From Candidatus Poribacteria bacterium (GTDB lineage Bacteria > Poribacteria > WGA-4E > WGA-3G), in the NCBI GenBank assembly GCA_964291315.2, contig OZ219753.1, positions 1,792,001 through 1,856,000 on the forward strand: 64,000 bases of DNA, read 5' to 3'. The notes under the pieces were generated by a model. It saw only the letters and a list, made by a program, of their open reading frames with translations. It made no database searches and was not told where the DNA came from. The first letter of the stretch is position 1; every line of letters begins with the position of its first letter. Positions 9,970-19,655 of this stretch are shown one piece after another. A program made the position numbers and the translations under genes.

Positions 9970-11118
9970 CTAAGTGGCTGTATTCGCCTGAGCTGCCTCC
10001 AACTGCTGGGCCGCTTCTAATAACGCGCTCGCTAAAAACGCCGGATTCACTTCATCTCTGCCGCGAAAGGTACGCACCCGCTCCCCGCGAACCTTTAGGA
10101 CAGCGAGCTCTTTGCCACCGAGATGGATACCCACTTCAGCATTGCGGGTTTCACCCGGCCCGTTGACCTCACACCCCATGACAGCAACCGGGATTTTTAT
10201 TCCATGTTTCTCCAGAAGCTCCTCAGCCACAGAAACGATATTCTCATAGTCCGCAGCAGGATCACCCCGACCACAGAACGGGCAAGAGACAACGTCCAAC
10301 ATCGCCTCTGCCAGGCCAAGCGCACGCAAGAGCTCTTTCGCCGTCAAAACCTCTTCCACGGGATCCCCAGTAATTGAGATACGGACAGTATCTCCAATGC
10401 CCTCCTGCAGCAGCGTTCCGATGCCGAGGGTAGATTTGACATGCGCACGACGCGGCGTTCCCGCCTCTGTCACACCCAAATGTAAAGGATACGACACCTC
10501 CGCTGACAGCTGCCGATTCGCCGCTATCATCCGAAGCGGATCGCTCGACTTAACAGAAATAGCCAGATCCCTGAAGTCATGTTCTTCGCAGATGCTAACA
10601 TGCCGCAGCGCGCTCTCTACTAACGCCTCCGCCGTCGGAGACGGATACTTCTCTAATAAATCCCTTTCAAGAGACCCTTCGTTGACACCGATGCGAATAG
10701 GAATATCCGCCGCTTTTGCCGCCGACAATACCTCCGAGATCCGCACTTCACTACCGATGTTCCCCGGATTTATACGAACCTTTGCAACGCCCGCATCTAC
10801 CGCAGCAAGAGCATACCGATAATTGAAATGGATGTCCGAAACGATCGGAACCGGGGAACGCCGCACAATGCACGGCAGCGCCTTTGCATCTACCTCTTCA
10901 GGCACAGCAACGCGCACAATCTGCGCACCCGCCTCCACACAACGATCTATCTGCGCCAAAGTCGCATCTACATCGTGAGTCAACGTCGTCGTCATCGTCT
11001 GAATAGAAATGGGACTCCCACCACCAATGCCGACGTTCCCTACCCTAATCTTCCGTGTAGGACGTCTATTGTTGAACTGTATAAGTTGTTTCATATGTTC
11101 TCGACTCAGCAGCCGCAA
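9970..11118 (-). CDS. ispG: (E)-4-hydroxy-3-methylbut-2-enyl-diphosphate synthase
   Basis: ISIQTMTTT, DIHFNY, RINPGNIG, PLHLGVTEAG, SCPFCGR...VMGCEVNGPGE. Confidence 0.97.
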   Translation of the reverse strand: MRLLSREHMKQLIQFNNRRPTRKIRVGNVGIGGGSPISIQTMTTTLTHDVDATLAQIDRCVEAGAQIVRVAVPEEVDAKALPCIVRRSPVPIVSDIHFNYRYALAAVDAGVAKVRINPGNIGSEVRISEVLSAAKAADIPIRIGVNEGSLERDLLEKYPSPTAEALVESALRHVSICEEHDFRDLAISVKSSDPLRMIAANRQLSAEVSYPLHLGVTEAGTPRRAHVKSTLGIGTLLQEGIGDTVRISITGDPVEEVLTAKELLRALGLAEAMLDVVSCPFCGRGDPAADYENIVSVAEELLEKHGIKIPVAVMGCEVNGPGETRNAEVGIHLGGKELAVLKVRGERVRTFRGRDEVNPAFLASALLEAAQQLEAAQANTAT

Positions 11119-11163
11119 TGTTTGCTGCTCCTAAAAGCACACGACTGGCTGCCAACCAACCTC

Positions 11164-12246
11164 TCATAAATACCTCGCCAGAGCAGTGACAAATCTTCTA
11201 TTTTCTTCTGCCGTGCCGATGGTTACACGCACCGCATTCGGATACCCATACCCGCCCATAGCGCGCACGATAACCCCTCGTTGCAGCAAGGCATCTGTGA
11301 CATCTGTGCCTAACAACGATAAATGCAGCAGAATGAAATTGCCCTCGGTTTTTGTGTAACGCAGGCCCATATCGTCAAACGCGCCGTAGAGAAACGTTCT
11401 CCCTTCGCTGTTGCTCGCGCGACTCTGCGCAACGTGAGCCCTATCCTTGAGCGCCGCACGCGCTGCCGCCTGCCCGACCAAACTACAATTAAACGGCTGC
11501 CGAACCCGATTCAGAGCCTCAATTAACGATGGCGGAGCAATGCCGTAACCGACGCGAAGCCCAGCCAGTCCATAGATCTTGGAAAACGTCCGCGTAATGA
11601 TAACATTCCGACCCTCTAACACATACCGCAACGTCTGTGGATAGTCCGAGCGAAGTACATATTCATAATAGGCTTCATCAAAAACAACAAGTACATCCTC
11701 GGGGACCCGCGCCATAAACGCTGCTGTCTCATCCGCAGTGACTATTGTACCCGTCGGGTTGTTCGGATTTGCCACAAAGATAACCCGCGTCTTGTTAGTA
11801 ATCGCTGCCGCCATAGCAGAGAGATCGTGTGTGTCCTCCCGCATCGGCACAATCACCGCCTTCGCACCGCACAGCTTCGTTACGAGACTATAAACCACAA
11901 AGGCACCCGCTGCATAGATAACCTCATCCCCCAGCGATACATACGCCTCGGCGATCAACTGCAGCACGTCGTTTGAACCGTTTCCTAAAACTAGATGCTC
12001 CGCAGAGATACCTAGATGCTCCGCAAGATCGTTTTTAAGATAGTAACCGTTGCTATCCGGATAGAGATGCACCTGCTTTGCGCTCTCAGCAATCGCTTGG
12101 AGCGCCAACGGCGATGGCCCCAACGTGTTTTCGTTGGATGCCAGCTTAATAACATCGCTGACACCTAACTCACGCTGAACCTCTTCAATCGGTTTCCCAC
12201 CCTGATACGGCTGAATTGTCTCTATGCTGGGTTTCGGTTTGAGCAT
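11164..12246 (-). CDS. hisC: Histidinol-phosphate transaminase
   Basis: KLASNEN, GNGSND, NPNNPTG, DEAYYE, RTFSKIYGLAGLRVG; ATG start at 12246 with GGGAGA SD. Confidence 0.95.
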   Translation of the reverse strand: MLKPKPSIETIQPYQGGKPIEEVQRELGVSDVIKLASNENTLGPSPLALQAIAESAKQVHLYPDSNGYYLKNDLAEHLGISAEHLVLGNGSNDVLQLIAEAYVSLGDEVIYAAGAFVVYSLVTKLCGAKAVIVPMREDTHDLSAMAAAITNKTRVIFVANPNNPTGTIVTADETAAFMARVPEDVLVVFDEAYYEYVLRSDYPQTLRYVLEGRNVIITRTFSKIYGLAGLRVGYGIAPPSLIEALNRVRQPFNCSLVGQAAARAALKDRAHVAQSRASNSEGRTFLYGAFDDMGLRYTKTEGNFILLHLSLLGTDVTDALLQRGVIVRAMGGYGYPNAVRVTIGTAEENRRFVTALARYL

Positions 12247-12366
12247 AAACGCTTCGACTCTCCCTTTTACGCACAAGAATACAACCTCTATTATAACACA
12301 ACCCTCTCTTTTTTGAAAAGTTTTTTCCGTGAGTTAACTATTACCGATACGCTCCTAGAAAAAACC

Positions 12367-12395
12367 TTGACATATCACAAGTTTTGTGGTATACT
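12367..12395 (+). promoter_or_regulatory. Sigma70 promoter upstream of the DUF1156 gene
   Basis: TTGACA-17 nt-TATACT with extended TG. Confidence 0.7.
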
Positions 12396-12410
12396 ACATG
12401 CCGTATATTT

Positions 12411-12468
12411 GTGGCATAGCTTGCCAGTCCGTGCGAGGAGTGTTGTAGCATCACCTGTTAGGTTGTGC
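12411..12468. repeat. Two degenerate GTRG REP copies
   Basis: GTGGCATAGCTTGCCAGTCCGTG (12411) and GTAGCATCACCTGTTAGGTTGTGC (12445). Confidence 0.5.
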
Positions 12469-12697
12469 ATTCGCAGCAGACCCCGCTAAAGTGGGCAAAT
12501 GTTACACTTTTCGCTAAATCTTGTTTTTCCGAACGCTCAAATTTAACACATCAGAACGCACGCGGGCCGTAGGATTACAACACATTCATTCCCAACGCCA
12601 ACGTTACAGTGGTGTAACATTTTAAGACCTAATTCACGCACTATTTCCGAGCCTGCCCCGTTAGTTCCCCGGGCATCCTTACAGAACATAAAGTTGT

Positions 12698-15484
12698 ATG
12701 ACGCACCGCAAAAAACTGATTGAAGTCAATATACCGCTCCAAGCTATCAATAGAGAGTCTGCTAAAATGATCTCTCATAGCCCTGGGCACCCTTCAATGT
12801 TACATAGCTATTGGGCGCGCCGCCCGCTTGCTGCCTGCCGCGCCATTGTCTTCGCCAGCTTCGTCGACGATCCCGCCGAATGTGAGGACGAATTTCCAAC
12901 CGAAGATGAACAAAATGCCGAACGCGACCGACTCTACGACATCATTAAACGGCTTATCATCTGGCAGAACAGCAACAATGAGAACCTTCTGGCAGAGGCA
13001 CGCTATGAGATCGCCCTCTCCGTTGCCCGCAACAACGGAGAAGACCTCACCGAGTTTCGTGAGCGGCACAAAGAGAACCCAGAGGCGGTTTTGCGGTATC
13101 TGCGCCAGCACGCCCCCGCTGTCTATGATCCCTTCTGTGGCGGCGGCTCGGTTCCGCTCGAGGCACAACGCTTAGGACTAAACGCACGAGGCTCCGACCT
13201 GAACCCGCTCCCCGTGTTGATTAACAAGGCGATGATTGAACTGCCACCGAAGTTCCACGATCAGCAACCGGTCAACCCGGAGGCGGATCCGATGCACATG
13301 TTCACAGACAGTAGCAAAATCAAGGCTCGCGCGCCTTGGAGAGGCACTGCGGGCTTGGCAGCGGACATCCGCTACTATGGTGCCTGGATGCGTGAGCAGG
13401 CATACAAGCGGATTGGGCATCTCTATCCGAAGGCAGAGTTGCCGGACGGTACTTCAGCCACTGTGGTTGCATGGCTCTGGGCGCGCACGGTGCTGTGTAT
13501 TAACCCTGCTTGCGGTCTGCAGATACCGTTGATGAAAACGTTCCAGTTGTCAAACAAAAAGGGACAGGAGCGCTACATTAAGCCGGTGGTTGACAGAGAG
13601 ACGAATACCATATCGTGGCAGGTGCAGACCGACGCTGACGGGTTGCCTGCCCCGACGGTGATGCGCACGGGTGCGTATTGTTGCGGTTGCGGTGCGGCTG
13701 CGAAGTTGCCCCACCTCCGGGAGCAGGGGAAAGCCGGCAAGATCGGAGAGACAATGACAGCGATAGTCGCTGAGGGGGACAGCAGAAAAGCTTTTCTGTC
13801 TCCGACTGCTGATCATATTCAGGTTGCCCAATCTGCTGAACCGAGTTGGAGGCCAAGAGGCACGCTGCCGGAAAGATCAAGAAGTATCAGCCCGCAACTT
13901 TACGGTTTCACCAACTGGCATCAGCTTTTCACGAAACGACAGCTGACTGCACTCAATACCTTCTTCGAGCTGTTGTCAGAGGTTCACAAACGCATCAGAG
14001 AAGACGGGGCAGAAAACCAGTATGCCGATGCTATTTCCACCTATCTCTCCCTCGCCATCGGCAGAACTGCGGAGATCCATTGTAGTTTTGTATGGCGGAC
14101 CGCACAGGGGCGGATACCGAAACTTTTTTCGCGGCATGCAATACCGATGATGTGGGGTTTCCCTGAAGCCAACCCGTTCTCTACATCAGCCCAGAATTGG
14201 ACGGCACAAGTAGATTGGGTTGCAAAGGTAGTAGAAAACCTGCCGGCCCCTGTGAACCCTGGAGAGACACATCAGGCAGATGTGTGCACCACACCGCACG
14301 CCCAAGATGCACCTGTTATCATCACCGATCCCCCCTACTACGATAATATCAGCTACGCAGACCTCTCCGACTTCTTCTACGTCTGGCTCAGACCCTTCCT
14401 GCGCAACACCTACCCAGAGCTGTTCGCCGGCATGACAACACCAAAGGCAGAGGAAATAACCGCCATTCCACGGTTTGAAAACCCCAAACAGCATTTTGAG
14501 GATCTACTGAGCGCATCGTTTCGGCAGATGCGCCGCTATTGTTCAGACGAATACCCAACGTCTATCTTCTACGCCTATAAGCAGCAGGAAAAAGAACAAG
14601 GCGGAAAAACCTCTACCGGATGGGAGACGATGCTGGAGGCAACTATCAACGCCGGCTTTCAGATCGTCGCTACCTGGCCCCTGCGCACAGAGAATACCAG
14701 AGGTTTAAAGACAGTGACGAACGCTTTGGCTTCCTCTATCTTGTTGGTGTGTAGACCGCGCCCCGAAGACGCACCCCGCAGCGACAGAAACGCCTTCATA
14801 CGCGCCCTCGAACACGAGATGCCTGTTGCTCTCGACCGGCTCACCCGCATCGCAAACATCAGACCCGTCGACTTGGCACAAGCCGCCATCGGCCCCGGCA
14901 TGGAGATCTACTCCCGCTATCGCAGCGTCACGCGCATGAGCGGCGAAGTCGTCTCCATACGAGAGGCACTGCTACACATCAACAACGCCATTACCGCTTA
15001 TCACGAGAAGGTGATGGGACAACTCGATCCAGAGACGCAGTTCTGCCTGACGTGGCTGCGGCAACACGGCTACTCGGCAGGCAGTTTCGGGGATGCCGAG
15101 GCACTTTCAAAAGCGAAGGGCGTTCATATCGAGGCGATGCACGACACGCTGCTGCTGTCGTCTCAGGGCAGCGTGCGTCTGTTGAGATCCGAGGAATACG
15201 CGGATCGCGAGGAGCACCGAGAGATGTCGTCGTGGGAGGGGTGTCTTCGGATGGCCTGGCATCTGTCTCACAGTGAGTTCAGCGGTGGTATTCAGGGGTG
15301 TGCGCGGGTTGCGCGCTTGATGCGTGATTATGATGGTGCGAGACGTTTGGCTCTGATTTTATACAGCCACTATGAGGAGCGAGATAATACGGAGGCTGCG
15401 TCGCAGTATAACTACCTCGTGACGGAATGGACGTATATCTATCGAGCGATGGGCTCTCCTGAGCAGATAGAGGCGGACATTTAA
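12698..15484 (+). CDS. DUF1156-family adenine-specific DNA methyltransferase
   Basis: KKLIEV...LHSYWARRPLAACRA N-terminus, DPFCGGGSVPLEA (motif I), Zn-ribbon Cys pairs, TDPPYYDN (motif IV), NALASSI. Confidence 0.9.
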   Translation: MTHRKKLIEVNIPLQAINRESAKMISHSPGHPSMLHSYWARRPLAACRAIVFASFVDDPAECEDEFPTEDEQNAERDRLYDIIKRLIIWQNSNNENLLAEARYEIALSVARNNGEDLTEFRERHKENPEAVLRYLRQHAPAVYDPFCGGGSVPLEAQRLGLNARGSDLNPLPVLINKAMIELPPKFHDQQPVNPEADPMHMFTDSSKIKARAPWRGTAGLAADIRYYGAWMREQAYKRIGHLYPKAELPDGTSATVVAWLWARTVLCINPACGLQIPLMKTFQLSNKKGQERYIKPVVDRETNTISWQVQTDADGLPAPTVMRTGAYCCGCGAAAKLPHLREQGKAGKIGETMTAIVAEGDSRKAFLSPTADHIQVAQSAEPSWRPRGTLPERSRSISPQLYGFTNWHQLFTKRQLTALNTFFELLSEVHKRIREDGAENQYADAISTYLSLAIGRTAEIHCSFVWRTAQGRIPKLFSRHAIPMMWGFPEANPFSTSAQNWTAQVDWVAKVVENLPAPVNPGETHQADVCTTPHAQDAPVIITDPPYYDNISYADLSDFFYVWLRPFLRNTYPELFAGMTTPKAEEITAIPRFENPKQHFEDLLSASFRQMRRYCSDEYPTSIFYAYKQQEKEQGGKTSTGWETMLEATINAGFQIVATWPLRTENTRGLKTVTNALASSILLVCRPRPEDAPRSDRNAFIRALEHEMPVALDRLTRIANIRPVDLAQAAIGPGMEIYSRYRSVTRMSGEVVSIREALLHINNAITAYHEKVMGQLDPETQFCLTWLRQHGYSAGSFGDAEALSKAKGVHIEAMHDTLLLSSQGSVRLLRSEEYADREEHREMSSWEGCLRMAWHLSHSEFSGGIQGCARVARLMRDYDGARRLALILYSHYEERDNTEAASQYNYLVTEWTYIYRAMGSPEQIEADI

Positions 15485-15585
15485 TTCAGGTTTGCACCAG
15501 CTCAACACACCGCGCGTTTCCGCACGGAACAGGGTGGGTGGGAAGAACAAATAGAGGCGGACATGTAATTCAGGTTTGCACCAGC
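15467..15585 (+). repeat. 35-bp direct repeat (1 mismatch, 84-bp period) spanning the DUF1156 stop codon
   Basis: atagaggcggacat(t/g)taattcaggtttgcaccagc at 15467-15501 and 15551-15585. Confidence 0.9.
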
Positions 15586-15700
15586 ACCTGTTAAGTTGCA
15601 CATTATCCCTTGACAAAAAACCGATATGCATTAAAATAGTGAGAAATTATATGTTTTTCACCACTCATGTACGCATGCACAGCATGTGAAAGGAAAACTC

Positions 15701-16327
15701 ATGCCACAAACACCACCAGAATCAGCAGTCATCCTTTTTGACGGCACAAACCTCAACAATTGGACAAGCTTAGACGGCAGCGCACCGCGCTGGAAAACCG
15801 AAGACGGAGCAATGCTCGTCATCCCACGCACCGGTGACGTAATATCCAAGCAGACCTTCACGGACCACTTCCTCCATATCGAATTCAGATGCCCCGACAT
15901 GCCAGACGCAACCGGACAGGCGAAGGGCAACAGCGGCGTGTTCCTCCAAGGCAGATATGAAGTTCAGGTTCTCGACTCCTACGGCATCCAAGTGCCCGGG
16001 AAGGGCGACTGCGGCGCCATTTACAATCAATTCGCACCCCTCGTTAACGCCTGTAGACCGCCCCTCGAATGGCAGACCTACGATGTCATTTTCCGCGCAC
16101 CGCGTTTCAACGATGCAGGCGAGATGACAGAAGCCCCACGTATCACCGTCATTCAGAACGGCCTAGTCATTATCAACAACGCCCAACTCGCCGGCACAAC
16201 AGGCGGAAGCATAGATTCAAAACTCGCCCACCCAGGACCCCTACGCCTGCAGGACCACGGCAACGACGTTAGATACCGGAATATCTGGGCAGTACCGCTG
16301 CCCCTCAAAGGCTCAGACCAGTATTAG
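15701..16327 (+). CDS. DUF1080 / 3-keto-disaccharide hydrolase
   Basis: LFDG, LHIEF, GNSGVFLQGRYEVQVLDS, WQTYD, LQDHGNDVRYRNIW; TTGACA-16-TAAAAT promoter at 15610-15637. Confidence 0.9.
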   Translation: MPQTPPESAVILFDGTNLNNWTSLDGSAPRWKTEDGAMLVIPRTGDVISKQTFTDHFLHIEFRCPDMPDATGQAKGNSGVFLQGRYEVQVLDSYGIQVPGKGDCGAIYNQFAPLVNACRPPLEWQTYDVIFRAPRFNDAGEMTEAPRITVIQNGLVIINNAQLAGTTGGSIDSKLAHPGPLRLQDHGNDVRYRNIWAVPLPLKGSDQY

Positions 16328-16419
16328 CTCTCATTTCAATACGGGGCAGCTGTTAAAACCCCTGCCTCGTTCAATTTCAGAAAATATAGAGGTTGCCGAC
16401 CAATAACAAGGAAAATTTT

Positions 16420-17373
16420 ATGGAAACCCATCAACCGCTACCTACAATGCCCAGACGACGATTGGGACGAACCGAATTAAGCATCCCAGTTATCCCGTTT
16501 GGCACACAAGGATTCGGAAACAACTTCGGCTTCGTCTCAGATGAAGACGCCGTCGCACTTGTCAAGCACGCCGTCTCTATCGGCATCAACCACTTCGATT
16601 GCGCCCGCTGTTACGGCGATTCAATGCGGAAACTCGGACTAGCACTAAAGCAGATTCCACGCGCGGACGTCATCATTACCGCAAGACTCTGCTGCCACTC
16701 CGCTGCGGAATGGGGCGGATACGGAGAAGGAAGACCCGACTACTCCGCCGAACGCGCCATCGCAGACCTCGAAGACCAGCTCCAACTGCTCGGCACCGAT
16801 TATCTCGACGCAATACTCATCCACGATCCCGGCGAGATCGACCCAACCCTCGAAAAGGGCGGAACGCTCGACGGACTGCTCAAATGTAAAGCTCGGGGAC
16901 TCGTGCACTTCCTCGGCTACGGAATGCGTCCACACGACTTCCACCTCAAAGCAATCGCCACCGGCGACGTTGACCTTATTTTGTGTTTCAACGACTACAA
17001 CCTCGTCCGACAAACCGCCGCCGATACTATCCTGCCCGCCGCCGCCGAAGCCGATATCGGGGTCATGAACGGCTGGTCTATCCTGAGGGGGATTCTCACA
17101 GGCGTGGATATCGATGCTGAAATCGCTAAAGGACGATGGCGCAACGACGGCGACATCCCGCAAGCCAGAGAAATTTGGAAATGGTGCCTCCAAGAAGACA
17201 TCAACCTGCTCCAACTCGCACTCCAATTCTGTCTCCGAGAAGGACGGATCCACGGAAACAACATCGGGAATCTCAACGTCGCACAACTTGAAGCCAACGC
17301 CCGCGCAGCCAGCACGCCCTTAACCGAAACAGTATGGGAGAAATACGAGGCACGATTCGGATCTCACAATTAA
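16420..17373 (+). CDS. Aldo/keto reductase
   Basis: RRLGRTEL, GINHFDCARCYG, LGTDYLDAILIH, QLALQF. Confidence 0.9.
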   Translation: METHQPLPTMPRRRLGRTELSIPVIPFGTQGFGNNFGFVSDEDAVALVKHAVSIGINHFDCARCYGDSMRKLGLALKQIPRADVIITARLCCHSAAEWGGYGEGRPDYSAERAIADLEDQLQLLGTDYLDAILIHDPGEIDPTLEKGGTLDGLLKCKARGLVHFLGYGMRPHDFHLKAIATGDVDLILCFNDYNLVRQTAADTILPAAAEADIGVMNGWSILRGILTGVDIDAEIAKGRWRNDGDIPQAREIWKWCLQEDINLLQLALQFCLREGRIHGNNIGNLNVAQLEANARAASTPLTETVWEKYEARFGSHN

Positions 17374-17385
17374 TACCGGTGGCGG

Positions 17386-18492
17386 TCAGCATCTTAACTT
17401 ATGCAGAAACTTGTGCGTCGCACGCGGAAGGGGATAATCTGCTAATGCCGTAACCGGCACCCACTTCGCATCCCGCGGCCCATTCAGCACAACCTCACCC
17501 GATTGATAATCGCACACAAACACGTCCACAACTATCTTAAAATGTGTGTACGCGTGCCGCACACGGGTGAGGTATCTTATATCACTCACAGAAAGGTTAA
17601 CAACCTCGCGGATATGCCGAGCACAAGCCGTCTGACCCGTCTCACCTGCAGCGATCCTGCCACTCGGAAACTCCCAAAGGCCACCCAGCAGCCCCTCAAG
17701 CGGCCGTTGTGTGAGTAAAACCTCAGCACCCCTATAGATAACACCGACAGCGATCTGATGTTCCGGCACCGGTTTTGTCTCTCGTCTGCGCGGGTACTCG
17801 TCCTGACGCGCCGTGTGGAACGCCTCACAAAACGCATTGACTGGGCAAACAAGACACGTCGGCCCTTGCGGACGACACACTGTTGCCCCCAGCTCCATCA
17901 TCGCCTGATTGAAAAGCCCCGGCGTATCTAGCACCAGCAGTTCATCCGCTCGCTCCTGATACACTTTCGCTGATTTCGCATCATTAACCGGGGCATCCAT
18001 TAGGAACAGGCGGGCAAGCACCCGCTTGATATTCCCATCTACAGCGGCGTAAGGTTCATTAAAAGCGATGCTCTGCACCGCCGCCGCACTGTAGTCTCCC
18101 ACACCCGGCAACTTCCGAAAGGTCGCATATTCTCTCGGAACTTCACCATTCAGCTCATTCACGATCACCTGTGCAGCTTTGTGGAGGTTCCGCGCCCTGG
18201 CATAATACCCCAAACCTTCCCACACTTTCAACACAGCTTGCAGCGGGGCAGCCGCCAAGCGCTGCACATCCGGAAACCGGGCGATGAACCGCTCATAGTA
18301 GCCCACAACTGTCTTGACCTGCGTCTGTTGGAGCATCACCTCGGAAACCCAAATATGGTAAGGATCATCGGTGTTCCGCCACGGCATATCGCGCCGGTAG
18401 TCGCTGAACCACGCCAGCAGCGCTCTTTGGAACGCTTGCAAGTGTCCAGTTAACGGGTTTTTGCGCATATTAGCGGTGTGTTCGTTGTCCAA
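17386..18492 (-). CDS. mutY: A/G-specific adenine glycosylase with NUDIX-like C-terminus
   Basis: WVSEVMLQQTQV, WEGLGYYARARNLH, LPGVG, VDGN, FeS motif C-x6-C-x2-C-x5-C, GLWEFP. Start is uncertain (TTG 18492 with GGAGG, or ATG 18468). Confidence 0.96.
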   Translation of the reverse strand: MDNEHTANMRKNPLTGHLQAFQRALLAWFSDYRRDMPWRNTDDPYHIWVSEVMLQQTQVKTVVGYYERFIARFPDVQRLAAAPLQAVLKVWEGLGYYARARNLHKAAQVIVNELNGEVPREYATFRKLPGVGDYSAAAVQSIAFNEPYAAVDGNIKRVLARLFLMDAPVNDAKSAKVYQERADELLVLDTPGLFNQAMMELGATVCRPQGPTCLVCPVNAFCEAFHTARQDEYPRRRETKPVPEHQIAVGVIYRGAEVLLTQRPLEGLLGGLWEFPSGRIAAGETGQTACARHIREVVNLSVSDIRYLTRVRHAYTHFKIVVDVFVCDYQSGEVVLNGPRDAKWVPVTALADYPLPRATHKFLHKLRC

Positions 18493-18549
18493 ATACGTCC
18501 TCCGAATTACGGTCATTACCAGGCCCGTCGGGCATCTCACAAATCACAC

Positions 18550-19269
18550 TCAGGCATCCACAGCGATCCGAAAACCGACGCTATGAATAGCCTGTATCGG
18601 CTCGTACGCGGCCCGGTTCGCACAGCGAGCAGCGAATTCGCCCCGGGCTATCCAGGAACCCCCACGAATCACGCGGCGACGCCCTTCACTCGCCCCCAAC
18701 GGATTCTCCGCAGCCGAGTACTTGTAGGTCTCCTGATGAAACCAGTCGCTGCACCAATCGTAAGCATTGCCCGCCATATCGTAGCATCCGTACGGGCTCA
18801 TACCTGATGGATAGTTCCCGACAGGCATCAACCGCTTGTTCCCAGATTCAGATGTGTTCGCCCGACTCGCATCCCATGCGTCTCCCCAAGGATATTCGCG
18901 AGCGTCGGGGCCACGCGCCGCTTTTTCCCACTCCGCCTCTGACGGCAAACGATAGTCCACGCCCGTGTCCCTGCCTATCCACTCCAAAAAGTGCATTGCA
19001 TCCAACCAACTTACCCCGACGACCGGGCAATCCGGGGCGTTAAGATGTTCTTCTGACCAGAACAGCGGCGGCGAATGTCCCGTCGCCTCTACAAATTCGG
19101 CATACTGAGCATTCGTGACCTGATACGCCCCAACAGCATACGCATCGAGCATAACGCTGCGTTGCGGTTCTTCCGGATCGGTCTTTCGAAGCCCAGTCGG
19201 AATAGTCCCCATGATGAACTCACCCGCGGGGATACGAATTAGCGGATAATCAAACGTTTTAATGTGCAT
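18550..19269 (-). CDS. Formylglycine-generating enzyme (SUMF1/FGE-sulfatase) family protein
   Basis: IPAGEFIMG, VTNAQY, RLPSEAEWEKAARG, YDMAGN, RGGSW, GFR. Confidence 0.92.
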   Translation of the reverse strand: MHIKTFDYPLIRIPAGEFIMGTIPTGLRKTDPEEPQRSVMLDAYAVGAYQVTNAQYAEFVEATGHSPPLFWSEEHLNAPDCPVVGVSWLDAMHFLEWIGRDTGVDYRLPSEAEWEKAARGPDAREYPWGDAWDASRANTSESGNKRLMPVGNYPSGMSPYGCYDMAGNAYDWCSDWFHQETYKYSAAENPLGASEGRRRVIRGGSWIARGEFAARCANRAAYEPIQAIHSVGFRIAVDA

Positions 19270-19304
19270 ATCGGTTTTTGTATCCGAACCTCTTAGGTTC
19301 CCTT

Positions 19305-19404
19305 GTAGCATAGACTGTCAGTCTGTGGCTCCGTGGCATAGACTATCATTGTAGCATAGACTGTGAGTCTGTGTGTGCATCTATAGCATCACTCATTAGT
19401 CTGC
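19305..19404. repeat. Cluster of GTAG-type REP repeats at the left edge of the defence island
   Basis: GTAGCATAGACTGTCAGTCTGTG (19305), GTGGCATAGACTATCA (19333), GTAGCATAGACTGTGAGTCTGTG (19351), degenerate copy at ~19383. Confidence 0.75.
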
Positions 19405-19561
19405 GCCGGAGTAAAAACTTCTCTGTTAATATAGCATATCTCTTACCTCAACCGCAACCTCTCTACTCATTCTAAGCGGAATCTCCGAATTCCGACTCGG
19501 CACATAGAAAGTAGAAAAAGCCGAATATTTAACAGCACTAAACAATTGTCAAAAAAACCCC

Positions 19562-19590
19562 TTGATTTTTTACTAAATATATGATACACT
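19562..19590 (+). promoter_or_regulatory. Sigma70 promoter of the SBD-HNH gene
   Basis: TTGATT-17 nt-TACACT with extended TG. It overlaps the track start (19581), so the real start is 19656. Confidence 0.6.
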
Positions 19591-19655
19591 TCATTATACA
19601 TTTATACGTTCGCGATAGTTGCCCTAAATCCGCTGCTCAAAACGAGAGAACGCAA

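Noticed and set aside
15467-15585. CRISPR array
   Set aside because: Only two repeats, the first inside a CDS end; 49-nt spacer, no palindrome and no cas genes in the window.
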